Source: Tubiluchus corallicola
Taxonomy: Eukaryota; Animalia; Priapulida
Length of the DNA: 64,000 bases
Direction: 5' to 3'
Assembly: GCA_030141605.1 (NCBI GenBank)
Contig: JAQGDQ010000023.1
Span: forward strand, 1,157,747-1,221,746
Under the pieces are notes generated by a model. It was given only the letters and a program-made list of their open reading frames with translations, had not been told where the DNA came from and did not search any database. Both the position numbers and the translations under genes were made by a program. Below, piece by piece: positions 12,578-26,040 of the stretch (within the stretch, counting starts at the first letter, position 1; the number at the start of each line of letters is the position of its first letter).

Positions 12578-13933
12578 TGTGAATGCGACTGTATATCCCT
12601 ACTACACATTACCACTTGAAATGAATCACCACAAGCCTGTAACCTTTATACTCTGTAGACCTGTCGTTCTCATTTTCGTACATACCTTGTCACAGTGTAT
12701 ATGTACTTGTGGTTTTCGAATTATATCTTACTGATAAAGGACTTCATGCTCCTAAAAAGAAAAGGAGAAAACCATCAAGAAATATAACCATAGTTCTTAG
12801 TAATGTTATTGTTGAAAAAAGTCACATGTTAAATATTTGGGAATATTTCTTGATGAGCACCAAATAAGTGTAATAAAGCATAAATTGAGAAAAACCTTGG
12901 GAATCATCTATAAATTACGCAAGTTTGTTAATAGAGAAACATTGATGAAAATCTATTACAGTCTAGTCTACCCATATCTAATATATGGCGTCATGTCTTG
13001 GGGTGGTATATATAAAAGTAATCTGAAAGCTTTACAAATCACCCAGAACAAAATTCTCACACTGATATATCATGTAAGGTATGACCATCCCACAAATATA
13101 ATTTACTAGTCTGTTAAAACTCTCAAAGTGAAAGAAATATATGACATGTATTGTCTTCATTTCATGTATCAGTATCATAATTCACTATTTCCACCAGCTT
13201 TTCAGTCATACTTTAGTCCAGTTTCAAATCAACATCATCATTACACAAGATATTCCGTCGGAAACTATGTACTCCCTCTTCCAAAAACAAATATAGTGAA
13301 ACAGTCATCAAAATATAATGCTATTAAAATATGGTCATCAATTCCGCGTGAAATGAAAAATCTTAATCTTTATCAATTTAACAAAGCAACAAAGAATTAC
13401 TCATTACATTTAATTAACTCACAATTTTACTCGTCCTGATCTTAAGTTACTAACAAAACTTATTATGTTCTAATGTACGTTATAACTGATGAAAATACTA
13501 TGTAATGTTAATTGTCAATTGTTCCACTTATCTGGAGGAGGACTCGAAACTCAATGCTCCTTCCTCCTCCTCACAGTAACTCGTTTAGTTTATAATTTTA
13601 TGCCACTAAAATCGTAAGTAGCCATAAATGACTCTACTTTTAGTGCTAATTATCATGTAGTGGTGATATTAATTTCGTATGTGATCTATTGCTAATATTT
13701 TGTAAACCAACAATAGTATGTCTTCTCAACTTAGTTTTTCTCAACTTATTTGCTTACTTGTTAATCACTACTGTTTGTTAATTATTATTATTTTTCGCTA
13801 ATTTTTGCAGTTACCATTTTCTTCTTCTTTTTTCGATCTTGTACTTTATAAAATAAATTTATTTCAGGTTTATCGCACCAAAAATCAAAGCCGTACTGCC
13901 GTTTTTGTTAATGTTGGTTTGGGCGCGTCCACA
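12578..13933 (+). repeat. BEL/Pao LTR (upstream full copy, interrupted by a LINE fragment)
   Basis: TGTGAATGCG...GCGTCCACA. 12578-12731 and 13602-13933 align with 18202-18756. Confidence 0.85.
12735..13600 (+). mobile_element. 5'-truncated L2/Crack-type (CR1 group) LINE 3' fragment inserted in the LTR
   Basis: LGIFLDEH..LGIIYKLRKFVNRETLMKIYYSLVYPYLIYGVMSWG and a downstream C-terminal ORF; 3' UTR stem GGAGGAGGA/TCCTCCTCC at ~13534-13570. Absent from the 3' LTR. Confidence 0.8.
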
Positions 13934-14564
13934 TCATAAACGATTTTAATGGAGGATGGCTTCATAGTTAACAAGAAGTGAACTTAATAAGAAGAAAAAG
14001 ACAGAGTTGAAGTTATTATGCGCGGAATTCGGACTCGCAGAACAAGGGACGAAGGAGGATCTCATCGCTAAGATGCTCAGAGATGCCGAAATCCAAGAAG
14101 GGCCGCAGGACATTGCATGTTCTCCTGCATTCAATCTCATGCCATGCAACTTATTTTCAAACGGACAAGATACGAGTGAGCCGCCTAATTTATTACTTGC
14201 CCCTCTGCAGACGTTGCCGCCATGTTGTGTACCTGCCGCTGATCAGCTGGATGAGCACGGCGATAGTAAACCTGTAAGTCAGGTAGATCAGGCATTGCGG
14301 CTAAGATCATCAAATTCGGTCACATCGAAAACGCGTTCAAAAGTGAGCGTGGCTCTCGACAATCTCGCATTGAAACCGCTATTAGACTAAACGACAGAGA
14401 AGTAATTTAAAAAGCGTATGCCTTCGAATAAACTAGAACGGGAATTACAAGCCGTAGAAGACAAAAGAGAGTCTGATAATTTGAAACTCCGGAGAAGCTT
14501 ATTAATGACGAATAATGACGAGCCTGATGACATAAATGATGATGGTTCGCTCCCGATCTTATAC

Positions 14565-14991
14565 ATTATGGCCAATTTAAGCACAACACGAATCAGAAAT
14601 TAATGCATTTCAAAGAAGAAACTACAGGAACATTCTAGAAATAAAATGGCCAAACAAAATATCTAACCAGGATCAGTACATTAAAGTCAAGGCAGACGAA
14701 TGGACAATTAAAATCAAAAGGAGAAGGTTAAGATGGCTAGGACATGTTATACGACTACCAAATGACAGTCCATTACAGTTAGCTTTCAAAGAAGCACTGC
14801 AGAAAGAAAAGAAACTGCAAGGAGAACAGCTGCTGACTTATATCAATTTCATCCAAAAACATTTTATCAACACACCATTAGATATCAAAAATGCAGAGAC
14901 ATGGAAGGTTTCAGGTGACAGGGCAGCATGGAGTAAAGTGATCAGGAAGGTCATGTCAAATGATGTGTGTCTCCAGAGATGATGATGATGA
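14565..14991 (+). mobile_element. RTE-clade LINE 3' fragment inserted in BEL gag/protease
   Basis: Translates WPNKISN..IKRRRLRWLGHVIRLP and ends in a (GAT)n tail at ~14978-14991. Confidence 0.75.
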
Positions 14992-17900
14992 TCCCATGAT
15001 GCCGGATGTTGGAATTGATTTGCTCTCTGGAATGAATTGTCCCAAAGCAATGGAACCACTTCAGGTAATTCGTTATCCAAATGAGAGCTGTTTTGCTGTG
15101 CTAACGAAACTAGGGTGCACAGTACAGGGCATACTTGGCTCAACCACCAACCAATAAAATTTGATGAAAGCAACTTACAACCGAGTATTATGCAAAGATG
15201 CCGCCGTTAATCAAGTCTCGGCACGTCAATTTGCTGTACCAGTTGATAACGCCAACAATTTTGATACCAATAACAATGGTTATGGTAAATCACAGGAGGA
15301 TAAGCTCTTCATGGAGAAACTTAGTGCACTAACAGTATTCCAAAATGAAAAATACGTTGTACCTCTGCCATTCAGAAGAGAAGATCCTACCATGCCGGAG
15401 AATGAACGACTTGGCGAGCAAAGAATGCGACATCTAGCAAGAAATCATAAAAACTTTCGTCTCCGAATAGAGTAAACCAAGTTCATGACTTCCATGATAG
15501 AAAATGGTTACACCAAAAAAGTTTCAGTCTGGCCAAAACCAGAAGCGGGAAAATTATGGTACATACCACATCATCCCATATTCCACAAGCGCAAAGGAAA
15601 ACTTCAAGTTGTTTTCAACTGTAGTTGTGTATTTCAGGGCACTTAACATGGAGTTACTACAAGGACCCAACTTAACCAATTCACTTCTGAGTGTTTATTG
15701 CAAATTCAGACAAGAACCAGTGGCATTTGGCTGACATTCAGTCCCTGTATTACGGTGTTGCTATGCCACACGAACAGATATGTCTAAGAACTCTGACGAG
15801 CAATTTGAACATGCTTCCGGTTTACGTTGGTACATAGATACTGATACATTGGTTTTCGCGTCAAACTTAAAGAGACTCCACCAACGCCGTGGCATACTTT
15901 CTGCTATATACAGCATGTATGATATTATGGGGTTGATATCTCCAGCGATTCTAGTTGGCAAGATAATTCTACAGGAACTGACTGGTAACCAAGTTGGATG
16001 GGATGAACCAGTTAATAATAGTACGCTGAGAGGAGTGGAGACGAAGCCTGCCACTTCTGGAAGAGCTACACATACCAAGATGTTTCCTGACAACTTTACA
16101 GAAATTGCCAATGTGCAAATTAATCACTTCTCAGATGCTAAATTGTTAGGATATGGCAACTGTTCATATTTGAGACTAACTGGTGATACGAAAAGAATTC
16201 ACTGCACCATAGTGAGAAGTAAAGCCAGAGTTTCACCGATCAAAACAATTACAGTTCCATGCCTTGAACTCTGTGCTGCTGTGCTATCTGTTGGTGCAGC
16301 ATGTTCTCTTGATACGGATTTGGATTACGAAAACGCCAAGCATTTCTTTGGGACTCATTCCAAAGTTGTACCTGGATATTTGACAAACTCTTCACGAAGA
16401 TTCAAGATGTACGTAGCAAATCGAGTCCAGCAGATTTTGGACAAGTCTGAGGCAAAACAGTGGTACTACATCGATTCCCAGAATAATACCAGTGATGTTG
16501 CTTCACATGGTCAGGCAATCAGCCAACTTTTGAAGAATGATGTCTGGTTTAATGGACCTAGCATTCCTTGGAAACCTAAAGTATTTTGGATGGAGCCCAA
16601 CAGTGAAAATTATTGTATTTCCGAATCGGACACAGAAGTGAAGCATGCAAGACTCACATTTGCAAGTTGCAACTGAAAGAATGGACATTATAGATGCCTT
16701 GGAGACTCACTGCTCATCCTGGTACAAAATGAAATGGGTGGCTGCTATGGCTATGAGAGCCTGTGCTATCTTCACGTTGAAGACAGCAACCAAGAAATCA
16801 AGTGAATCAAATTCGCATTTGGAAGAAATCGAGTTAAACGGTGTATTTTCAGTGCAAACTTTGCAGAAAGCCGAGTCACTAATTCTATTATGGCTTCAGA
16901 AGCGTGCTGGTAATGAACTGGCGAAGAACTTTTTACGCTTGAGCCCTTTTGTTGATGAAGCCGGACTCATCGGAGCAGGCATTAGAGTCCAAAAATCGCA
17001 GTTGTCCTTCCAAGAGAATCTGGTTTTAGTACCTGGCAAGACTGTGGCATCGAGATTAATCATCAAATGGTATCATGCCAAAGTAGTACATCATGCTGGC
17101 AGAGGAATCTGAACTCATGCATCTGCAAAGTCATAACTGCCTGCGTAGCTTGCCGTAGATTAAGGCGTGGTGTTGAGGAGCAAAAGATGTCAGACCTACC
17201 TAGCAATAGATTTGCACCAGCACCACCATTCACTTATTGTGGTACAGACCTGTTTGGTCCTTTGTTTGTTCGCAGTGGTCGAAAAACGCTCAAGAGATAT
17301 GGTGGAATATTTACGTGCCTAAGATGCCGAGCTGCATTTGGAGCTAGTTCGTTAGACACGGATTCCATTATAATGGCATTACGCAGATTCATAGCCAGAC
17401 GAGGGCCAATCAGACTATTAAGAAGTGATCGTGGCACTAATTTAGTTGGAACTGCCAATGAAATACAACGTGGACTACAAGAAATGGACCATACCAAAAT
17501 TCAAGACTATCTGCTGCAAAATGGAGCTGACTGGAAGATGAATATCCCTGCAGCTAGCCACCAGCTGTCCCTGGAGGCACGTGAGAACGCCTAATAGGTG
17601 CCAGCAGAAGAATGTTGGAATAGCTAATGCTCGAAAATCCCAGCCTATTGAGTCATTGAGGACCTTTCTTGTTGAAGTTGAATCCATCATAAACAGCCAT
17701 CCTATCACCGTAGAGTCTATAAGTGACCATGAGCTTCTGCCATTAACCCCAAGCAGCATACTGACGACCAAATCAAGAGTTATACTGCCGCCACCTGGTG
17801 TATTCCAACGCAAAGACGTCTACTGCAGAAAGCAGTGGAGAAGAGTACAATACCTTGTGGACCAATTCTGGTCGAGGTGGAGGCGTGAGTACATCCCCAC

Positions 17901-18201
17901 ATACTTCAACCACGATCAAAGTGGCACCAGAAGAAGAGATCACTACGTATTGGTGATGTTTGTCTGATAGTTGATAACACAGTGCCTAGAAACATGTGGA
18001 AACTGGGAAAAGTCATCAAAACGTATACAACCGAAACCGGTGGTGATGTCAGAAGCGTCAGACTGAAGATCCAAGACAGCGAAATGGAACGATCAATCAC
18101 CAAGCTGGTTCTCATCACTGAGTGCGAGATTTAGTTGAATCCCCCATCGGGGAGCCTGGACTCAGTGCAAAATTCTCATTAGACATTTTGGGGGAGCCAG
18201 A

Positions 18202-18756
18202 CGTGAATGCGACTGTATATCCCTACTACACATTACCACTTGAAATGAATCACCACAAGCCTGTAACCTTTATACTCTGTAGACCTGTCGTTCTCATTTT
18301 CGTACATACCTTGTCACAGTGTACATGTAGTTCTGGTTTTCGAATTATATCTTACGGACAAATGTGATGTTTAAATAAGGCCACTAAAATCGTAAGTAGC
18401 CATAAATGACTCTACTTTTAGTGCTAATTATCATGTAGTGGTGATATTAATTTCGTATGTGACCTATTGCTAATATTTTGTAAACCAGCAATAGTATGTC
18501 TTCCCTTTAATTTTGATTTTAAATGCGTAATACTAAATCTATCTACAGTAGTTTTTCTCAACTCATTTGCTTACTTGTTAATCACTACTGTTTGTTAATA
18601 AAAAAATTATTATCATTTTTCGCTACTTTTTTGCAGTTACTATTTTCTTCTTGCTTTTCCGATCTTGTACTTTATAAAATAAATTTATTTGGGGTTCATC
18701 GCACCAAATCAAAGCCGTACTGCGTTTTGGTTTATATTGGTTTGGGCGCATCCACA
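18202..18756 (+). repeat. BEL/Pao 3' LTR (555 bp)
   Basis: Follows the PPT; ends ...GCGCATCCACA; first base T>C. Confidence 0.85.
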
Positions 18757-18870
18757 GTATTATTAAAGTACAAATTATATAACTTGTGTATGAGTTTCTC
18801 TCAGCTTACAGCATATAGAGGGCATTCGAGCAAATAATGGCTAATACGTTCAAAACGATAACCACGAGAA
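18757..18870 (-). mobile_element. LINE ORF2 C-terminal CCHC-type knuckle remnant (proximal half of the split LINE)
   Basis: Minus strand reads CSRGYRFERISHYLLECPLY, matching the C.CG...E...H.LL.CP.Y pattern. Confidence 0.65.
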
Positions 18871-20789
18871 CATTTTTTCCCAACAATATTACCACTAGAT
18901 TTTTTACAACCATGCATGTTTATATGATAATTAAGCTGAGAAAAACCTATTCTTAAGTGAGTACATACCGTAAAGAATTTTACCGTGAGTTAAATATTTG
19001 GGGTCTGTTTGCGAAATCGATATAATTCTTTAAAAAAATTATGTTTAGGCTACTGATCGAGGTTGGTAATTGTGTATAAGAAGGAAGGTTATTTCAAGCG
19101 GACACAGCCAAAGGAAAGAAAGAATTATGAAGACAACGAGTACAAAATAAAGATAGGTTATTACGATTTCTTAAGAACTGAACAGATAATTCCGTATTAG
19201 CGTAGCATAATAAGCAACCACACTTTCGTACGGTTGCTAAGTGTTTTGTAGAGACGCGACAAAAAACAGCGTCTAACAGAGTTTTTCTCAAGATTTGCTG
19301 CATAGCGTGCACCTCAACTTCAACGTGAATTATCTCAGCTTAGAAATAACATAGAGCTTGGTATCAAAATGATCTTCACGAAATGGAGGTTCAGCATATG
19401 TGAATAGCTAGAAAAGCTTAATTGTCGACCTATGGACGGTTTTGCTATACAAGCACACAAATAGTCTTCTATCAGATAGCAGATCAAAGTCATTGTCATA
19501 TAATAAGTTTGCAGTATTGGAGGCTTTCATCGCTTTGGAGCAAATAAAGGCCGCAGGTTTTCCCACATTTTCGATAGAATCTGAAAGGCATGCAGGACAG
19601 GTATATTACACAGCAGAGTCAGCATATTCAAGAATAGGGCGGATCATAGATTTGCAAAATTATTTGCTTGTTAATATTATTAAAATTTTAATGCAAATCT
19701 AATCCCTACATCTTGTCATTCGCCATTGTTTCTCATCATATCATTACACTTATTACCTTACAGGCTTTCCTTCCTTTTATCTTGAAACTTTGTTATTCCA
19801 TTTTGCCTATTCGGCTCAGACCTTACAAGTTCATCTTCTGATCTGAGCCGATAATTGACTGCGCTGAATTAATCAATCGTTTGGCTATATTTCATTTATT
19901 ATTTTTATGTTATTTTCAAATTGTGAATTTTTGTGTAAGATATTGTTAAATTGTACTTGGCTTTTGGAATAAATAAATAATATTATATTATTATTATTAT
20001 TTATAAAACTGGAAGGGTAACACATAAAAAATTATTTTCAGCATATCGATCCGTTTATCTGTTGAATACAGTATATGAACATCCCATTTCATCCCAGATT
20101 AGAGATATAGACCAAGATGTTTGTGCGAACTAACAGTTGTTAAAACAGTCAGCATTGTTGCGATAGCGCAGTGGCTGAGGATGATTCAGCGTTGAAAGTA
20201 ACTATTGTATCGTTCTACTGGTCAGTCCTATGATCCATGATTAACAAATCAGAGTTTAAACGTTTAGCAGTTAAAATGGAGTCTTTGACAATTTGTTGTT
20301 TATAGTATCTGGCAGTTGTTTATAGCATCTCAATAGCTTCCTTTTACTAGTAAATTCCCCGACACTGCAGAGAATTTCACCGATTGGGATGCCATTTTTT
20401 ATAACCTCAGTACGATCATTAATGCTATCGAAGTTGTTTTCGAAGATGTTAGCTGATGCTAACGAAACGTCTCAAATTAAATTTATTTTAATACATATTG
20501 AAGCGACTGGCAAGGAGTAATACTTATAGCTTAATCACTTTTAATAGCTTTTAATAACTGAGCCTGGTATCGTATTTTCTATTTCATAATACAGGAGAGT
20601 CTGGAAGTGACAGTTCCGTAATGAAGCGTAACCAGAACAATAAAAACAAATAACGCTGATAACGCTTATAGTATGCTTAATATGGAATAAAATAATGAAT
20701 GAGATAGGAGGGGGAGAAGAGTAGGAAAATATAGGACAGGAAGTGACGGGATAGCTAATACATTCAATATAATAAAATTCAAATCGCAG

Positions 20790-21060
20790 TGTAAAATCTT
20801 CGCAGCCTTTTTAGCAGTGTTCAAAAAGCGTTATTGATATATTAATAAGTAATACTCAAAATGCTTTTGTAAAAGGCCGATATATAGCTGAAAACACAAA
20901 CTAGTGTACGACCTATTGCCTTAAGCAGAAAAAAGCGACAACCCTGGATTCTATTATTAATTGACTTTGAAGAGTCATTTGATACGCAAGAGTGGACATT
21001 TTTATACGTGAAGTATTAAAATTTCTAAATCTTGGTGATAATAATTTTGTCAAGTAGTTA
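20790..21060 (+). mobile_element. Decayed L1/Tx1-type RT fragment
   Basis: QNAFVKGRYIAENT...LLLIDFEESFD resembles the L1/Tx1 motif Q.GF.KGR.I.EN..LL.IDFEKAFD. Confidence 0.65.
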
Positions 21061-21681
21061 AGATGACGCTGTATAATTGTATAAAATTATTGTAATTTTT
21101 CTCGAAACAGCCTTAAACACCATAGGAATCAGTGGCTCTCTGAATCCTATCCATGTAAAATATAGATTCAATTGTGTAAAGTGCTATTAAAATTCTTCTG
21201 TAACATTGCTGTGTATAATTATTTTCCTTTTCATTAACTAAATGAATTAGAGTTCATTTGTTCTGTACGCTTGAGCCACAATACTCCTTTGTAGTAAATG
21301 TATCGATTTAATTCGTTTACTTGTTGTTGTTTTTTTATAATGGTGGTTTATACATGTATACACAAACATATATACATAAACAACAATCTACAGGTTATGT
21401 TTTTTCAACGGATATGTCTGTAGGTCAGTAACGAAAACGTTTGTAAAGCGAATGCAAAATAATGTAAACTTTCTACTTCAAAAAAGTTAGCATGTTTGTG
21501 TCTTGATTTAAAAAATATTATACATCTACATGTATACGTAAAAATTTATACTTGATTTTCACATAAAAATAAGTTACGAAATGAGTGAAATAGGCGGTAA
21601 AACCTTATAACATTTGTGGTTGCAGTGTTGTGGTAATTAACTGTTTTTAACACGGTTTCAAAAGAATATTACCCCACTTTA

Positions 21682-22170
21682 AGTGGCGTAGCTAATAGAG
21701 GAGCGAGGGGGTGCAACCTCTCCCCCTGAGCACATTTCTTCATATTGGTGTTTTTACGACATTTTTTTTAACTCTGCAGTTCACTTCTGCAATTTGTTTG
21801 TTGTTTTTTAATCGCATGGCTTTGGAAGAATTTTCTGGAACCGTTACTTTATTTAAAAAACCTTGCTCCCATGTTTTTGAAATGAGCGCCGAATTCAAGT
21901 GACGAGAAACTGACCATCAACAATGTACTCGTATTCATGATCGCCAATGACGTGTCTTCTGTTTATTCTAACCTGTCCACATTTTTCTGATCTTACCAAT
22001 AACTAGCGCAGTTGCTGAATGATCCGGCTGAAACAAACATTCCTATCTTCCTTTTTTGGCGGAGGAAAGATTGTGCTGATTAGCTTTGCTCTCCATTGAA
22101 AGAGAGTTGGCTACTGAAGTGGATTATAATAAAGCTATCTTACTTTCCTAGAATGAAGCCTGAAAAGAGA
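21682..22170 (+). mobile_element. hAT transposon deletion remnant (TIR-like start plus C-terminal dimerisation domain)
   Basis: AGTGGCGTAGC at 21682 is a hAT-type TIR start. LPITSAVAE..EERL..LALLSIERELATEVDY at ~21990-22130. Confidence 0.7.
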
Positions 22171-22822
22171 TTCGTGATACGTTTTCACAATGTTTCTTTT
22201 TTGTTTTCATTTTACTTTAAAATAAAAATAAATCAATAAAATAACATGATTTTATCATGTTTTGAGACTGACGAGCTTGCTGTAAAACTTTTTATTGTGT
22301 TTTAATTTTAAATACAAAATAGCAATAATGTAGGCCCTACTTCCTTTAAAACGGTATTTTCTCTTGTTTTATTTTATATTCAAAATTAAAATGTATAATC
22401 AGTGGGTTAAACATTGTTTGGCGTGAAAAGTTCGTTAAATAATGTCCTTACTTGTGCAAAAAGTGAGAAATTCATTTCAAATTTTGTACAATTCAAAAAA
22501 TTACCTTTCTTATACATATATACGTATAATGTGAAATGCAAAATGTGAAATGAGTTTACGCGATAACTAATTGTATTGTTTAACGTAATTTTTGTCTTTG
22601 CTCAGCTTTTCTAATTTATTACTTATTACACAGGTGTCACCAGTATACACAATTCATTGCAATTATTAGCGCCTTAAAATTAAATTATAAAAATAAAACT
22701 AATATAACACTAAAAATAGCCACTTCTGATTGTAACCGTCGAGACCTTTGTGGTACAGTGTACTAACAAGACTCCGTTTCTTTTTTTAAGATTGAGGACA
22801 TTTTTGTGCATTCTGTTTGCAG

Positions 22823-22973
22823 CAAAGCTTTGCCGATGTGATGCGGCTATCAATAATTTCTGCAAGAACGTCAGAGGAATCGAATCTCAGTCAACTTGGG
22901 AATGTTAGCCACATACATGGAAGTAATGGTAGTATGTATGGAAGTACAGATAGTTTTCTGAAATCAAGTGTCG
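22823..22973 (+). CDS. Shaw: Probable Shaw/Kv3 C-terminal exon (QSFADVMRLSIISARTSEES...KSSV)
   Basis: Acceptor ttctgtttgcag| and donor TCG|gtaaat. Phase 0 start matches the preceding donor; 151 nt gives phase 1. Stop-free, Ser-rich. Confidence 0.7.
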
Positions 22974-23799
22974 GTAAATATCGTTATTTTTACATCTGTA
23001 AGTAAGTCGACTATCATTTGCTTAAGACTGTACATTCTAACTGCTCTGAAGCATAGTACTGCTGCATGATTTGCACGTTTTGTGAATGAATTTAAACAAC
23101 AGCAGCCCTTCTTGCAGTTTAGAGGTGTTTTTTGATGATAATCAAAATTTACCAATCTTCTTGAATCTCCTAAAGTTGTTATTTTATTATAATAGTATTT
23201 TTTTATTATTAAGAGTATAATCTGTTTGATTTACCAACGTTTATTTTTTTATTTTTCGGCTTTTTTGTTTCTTTAATATATCGCACATCCACACGGCCAG
23301 GGTCACAAAACTCACAAGGCACACACCCCGGGTAGGATTTATGTTTACATGTGACCCACCAAGCACAGGTCAAAGGTCACGGAATAGGCAAGGCTTTATG
23401 TATTTTGGTTAGGCTGGATCTCCTCCTACATAGTTTTTGAGCCATTCACAATTTTTCGTATGTGATAAGTGAAAGTGAAGTCTTATGCGTAGCTGAATAT
23501 GGGTTATTTACGTGCGGAAAATTTTTCGGTAGGGAGCAAAAACCAAAATCGATGAGGTCAGGTGCAGCGCAAATGCTTTCAGTGTCGAGTAACAGTGGCG
23601 TGTAGTACATACATAGCAAATGAAAGGTCTTGATGAGACGAATCGAATGTATAAGTTTCGGTTTGGTGGACACTGGTCCTCGATGTCCCAGGTTAAAGAA
23701 AAGAATCCGATTTTAGTACTCAAATGTCACCCGGCACTGACAAAGGAAATGGAGTCACTATTTTAAATAAGTGTTAGTATATTAGTAAAATTAACCTTT

Positions 23800-25010
23800 T
23801 TATACGATTTTACAAAACTTAAATTTATCACTGATAACATTCACAGTATTTTAAAAGTAAAACATCTGGTTAGAACTTTATCAGGGTGTAATTGATCAAG
23901 CTAATTTTTAACCAACTTTGGCCATGTGGCTCTAATCCAGTAGTTTTATATAGTGTTCCCAAAGTAGACAAACCTAATATACGAATGAGACGTATTCTTT
24001 CTGCTCTCAATACTGTCATGTATGGCTACTTCAAAATTTCTAGTACATATTTGTGAACTCCTTACTAATAATGAATACACTGTTCAGGATCCTTCAGCTT
24101 CGTTACAGAAATGCTATGTTTGAATAATTGCTGTGAACTTTTGACGTTGAAAGTCTATTTACAAGCATTGCTCTTGATGAAACTATTGATATCTGTATTC
24201 ATTCACTATTTAATAATATCGATCTTGTTGTAATCTCAACTCAGACCTATTTCGCCATCTGTTGGAAGTTTCTGTAAAAAACGTACAATTTCTGTTTAAT
24301 AGTGATTTATATGAACAAATTCAATGAACTGTGATGGACTCACCTTTACGACCTACTTTTGCTCTAATATTTATGTGTGTACTGTGAAAAATTGGCATAA
24401 TAATTGTCCTTAAGAATTTAAGTTGTCGATAAACATTATGTAGATGACACTTTTCTATTGATCACAACCACATACCTTTGTTTTTAGATTATTTAAATTT
24501 GTGTCACCCTTGCATCAAATATACTTGCGATATTGAAAATAATGGTTCTTTATCTTTTTTAGATATACTACTTCATTATGAACAGAATGGCATCTATCTA
24601 AATCCGATCGTAAAAAAATACTAGTTTACTAGTCTGTATGCTGATTTTGAATGTTTCACTTGCAGGCAGTTCAAATGCAACCTTATTTAAGCTTTAGCAC
24701 ATAGAGATTTTTGTATTTCATCAACATATCACAAATTTCATGAAGAACTTACCAAAAAATATCTTGTTAAAGTCTTTTCCCGGAAAATCTCCGTACAGAC
24801 TGTTTCCAAAGAATAGCATATTTACCTACACAGTTCATTGGTCTTCAGTCTTTGCAAGTGAAAAACACAAAATCAGTCATGATTAGGCAAATTTACCCCC
24901 TTGTTCCGCTACACATTACTTTAAAATGTGGCAATAGTTTTGGCTCTTTCTTTCCATTTAAAGACAAAATAACCACGTTCTTGCAACCTAATACAGTTTA
25001 TAGATTCCAG
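23800..25010 (+). mobile_element. Decayed Penelope-like element RT
   Basis: Remnants of PKV.KP..MRRILSA, FDVESLFTSIALDETID, YVDDTF and FLDYLN.CHP.IKYT..IENNGSLSFLDI, all typical of PLE RTs. Confidence 0.75.
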
Positions 25011-26040
25011 CATTTTCTTCATATTGGTACAGCATGGCAGGAATACAATCAAATTGGAGCCAGCTGCCATTCAATAACACTTCTGCAGTAAACCAAGCTT
25101 TGACCTGTGATCTAAACTTTAATAGTGGATCGAGATATAAGTGGTCTTTGGATGCGGTAGAAAATTTATCGGAAATCACTTGGATTTGTTGGCAAATTAC
25201 AACAACTGCATCACTGCACGCTTAAACATAAGTACAATTTTAAAGAAGTTCCTAACTGTGCACGATGATGATGTCTTGTATGTAACTGAGACAAGATTAG
25301 ATGAGTCGTCACCAAATGCCGAATTTGAGATGGACGGCTACGGAATGGAGAGAAAGGACGTACTGACCACAAGGCTGTTTCCCATATCAAACTAATTTTG
25401 AAATTACATGCAAATGACATTGTAGGACATCTTTTAACGTCGATTGAAGCTTTTTTGAACGATAGAAAACAACGTGTTGCTATTGGTAATAATGTATCTG
25501 AATATGTATGTGTAACATCTGGTGTGCCTCGGGGAAGTGCTCTTGGACGGCTTTTTTGTGTTTTGTTAATGATTTAAATGATGTCATTGATGCACTAATA
25601 GTAAAATTATCTGCAGATGATGTAAAACTCTATCAAAGTTTTTGGTGAAGTCAAAATAGTGATCTTCAATCAGCCCTAGATGCAATTAACTTATAGGCTA
25701 ATGCGTGGCAACTAGTTATAGCCACACCGAAATGCAATGTTATACATATTGGGAATGCTGATCCGAGCCATGAATATCACTTTTTGGCTCTTATTTACCC
25801 GTCGAAGCAAGTGTGCATGGTCTTGGTGTTATAATTTATCATGACCTGAAATGGACAAACCAATGCATTGAGGCAGCTACTAAAGCCAACAGAATTACAA
25901 ATATGTTGTTTAGAATGTTTTCTACTGATGGTAAAGACATATTATTGTTCATAGTTTACATAAGACCTACTGTAAAGTATTGCTAGCCAGTCTGGAATCC
26001 AGCTTTATTGGGTAGTGTTGACCGTATAGAAAGCGTACAG

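Larger units (their letters stand above)
12288..18756 (+). mobile_element. BEL/Pao LTR retrotransposon, degenerate, with three LTR copies
   Basis: Pao RT/RNase H (GPNLTNSL, HFSDA..GYG, PCLELCAA, FKMYVANRV) and integrase (GTDLFGP, RSDRGTN, VESIINSHP, FWSRWRREY). PPT TTGGGGGAGCCA. LTR copies start at 12288 (fragment), 12578 and 18202. Flanks GTAATAT and GTATTAT match at 6 of 7 positions. Confidence 0.9.

Noticed and set aside
23625-23665. Hammerhead-like TTGATGA-GACGAATC-GAAT upstream of the Penelope-like RT
   Set aside because: Both core boxes are mutated, and no stem I or III can be formed.
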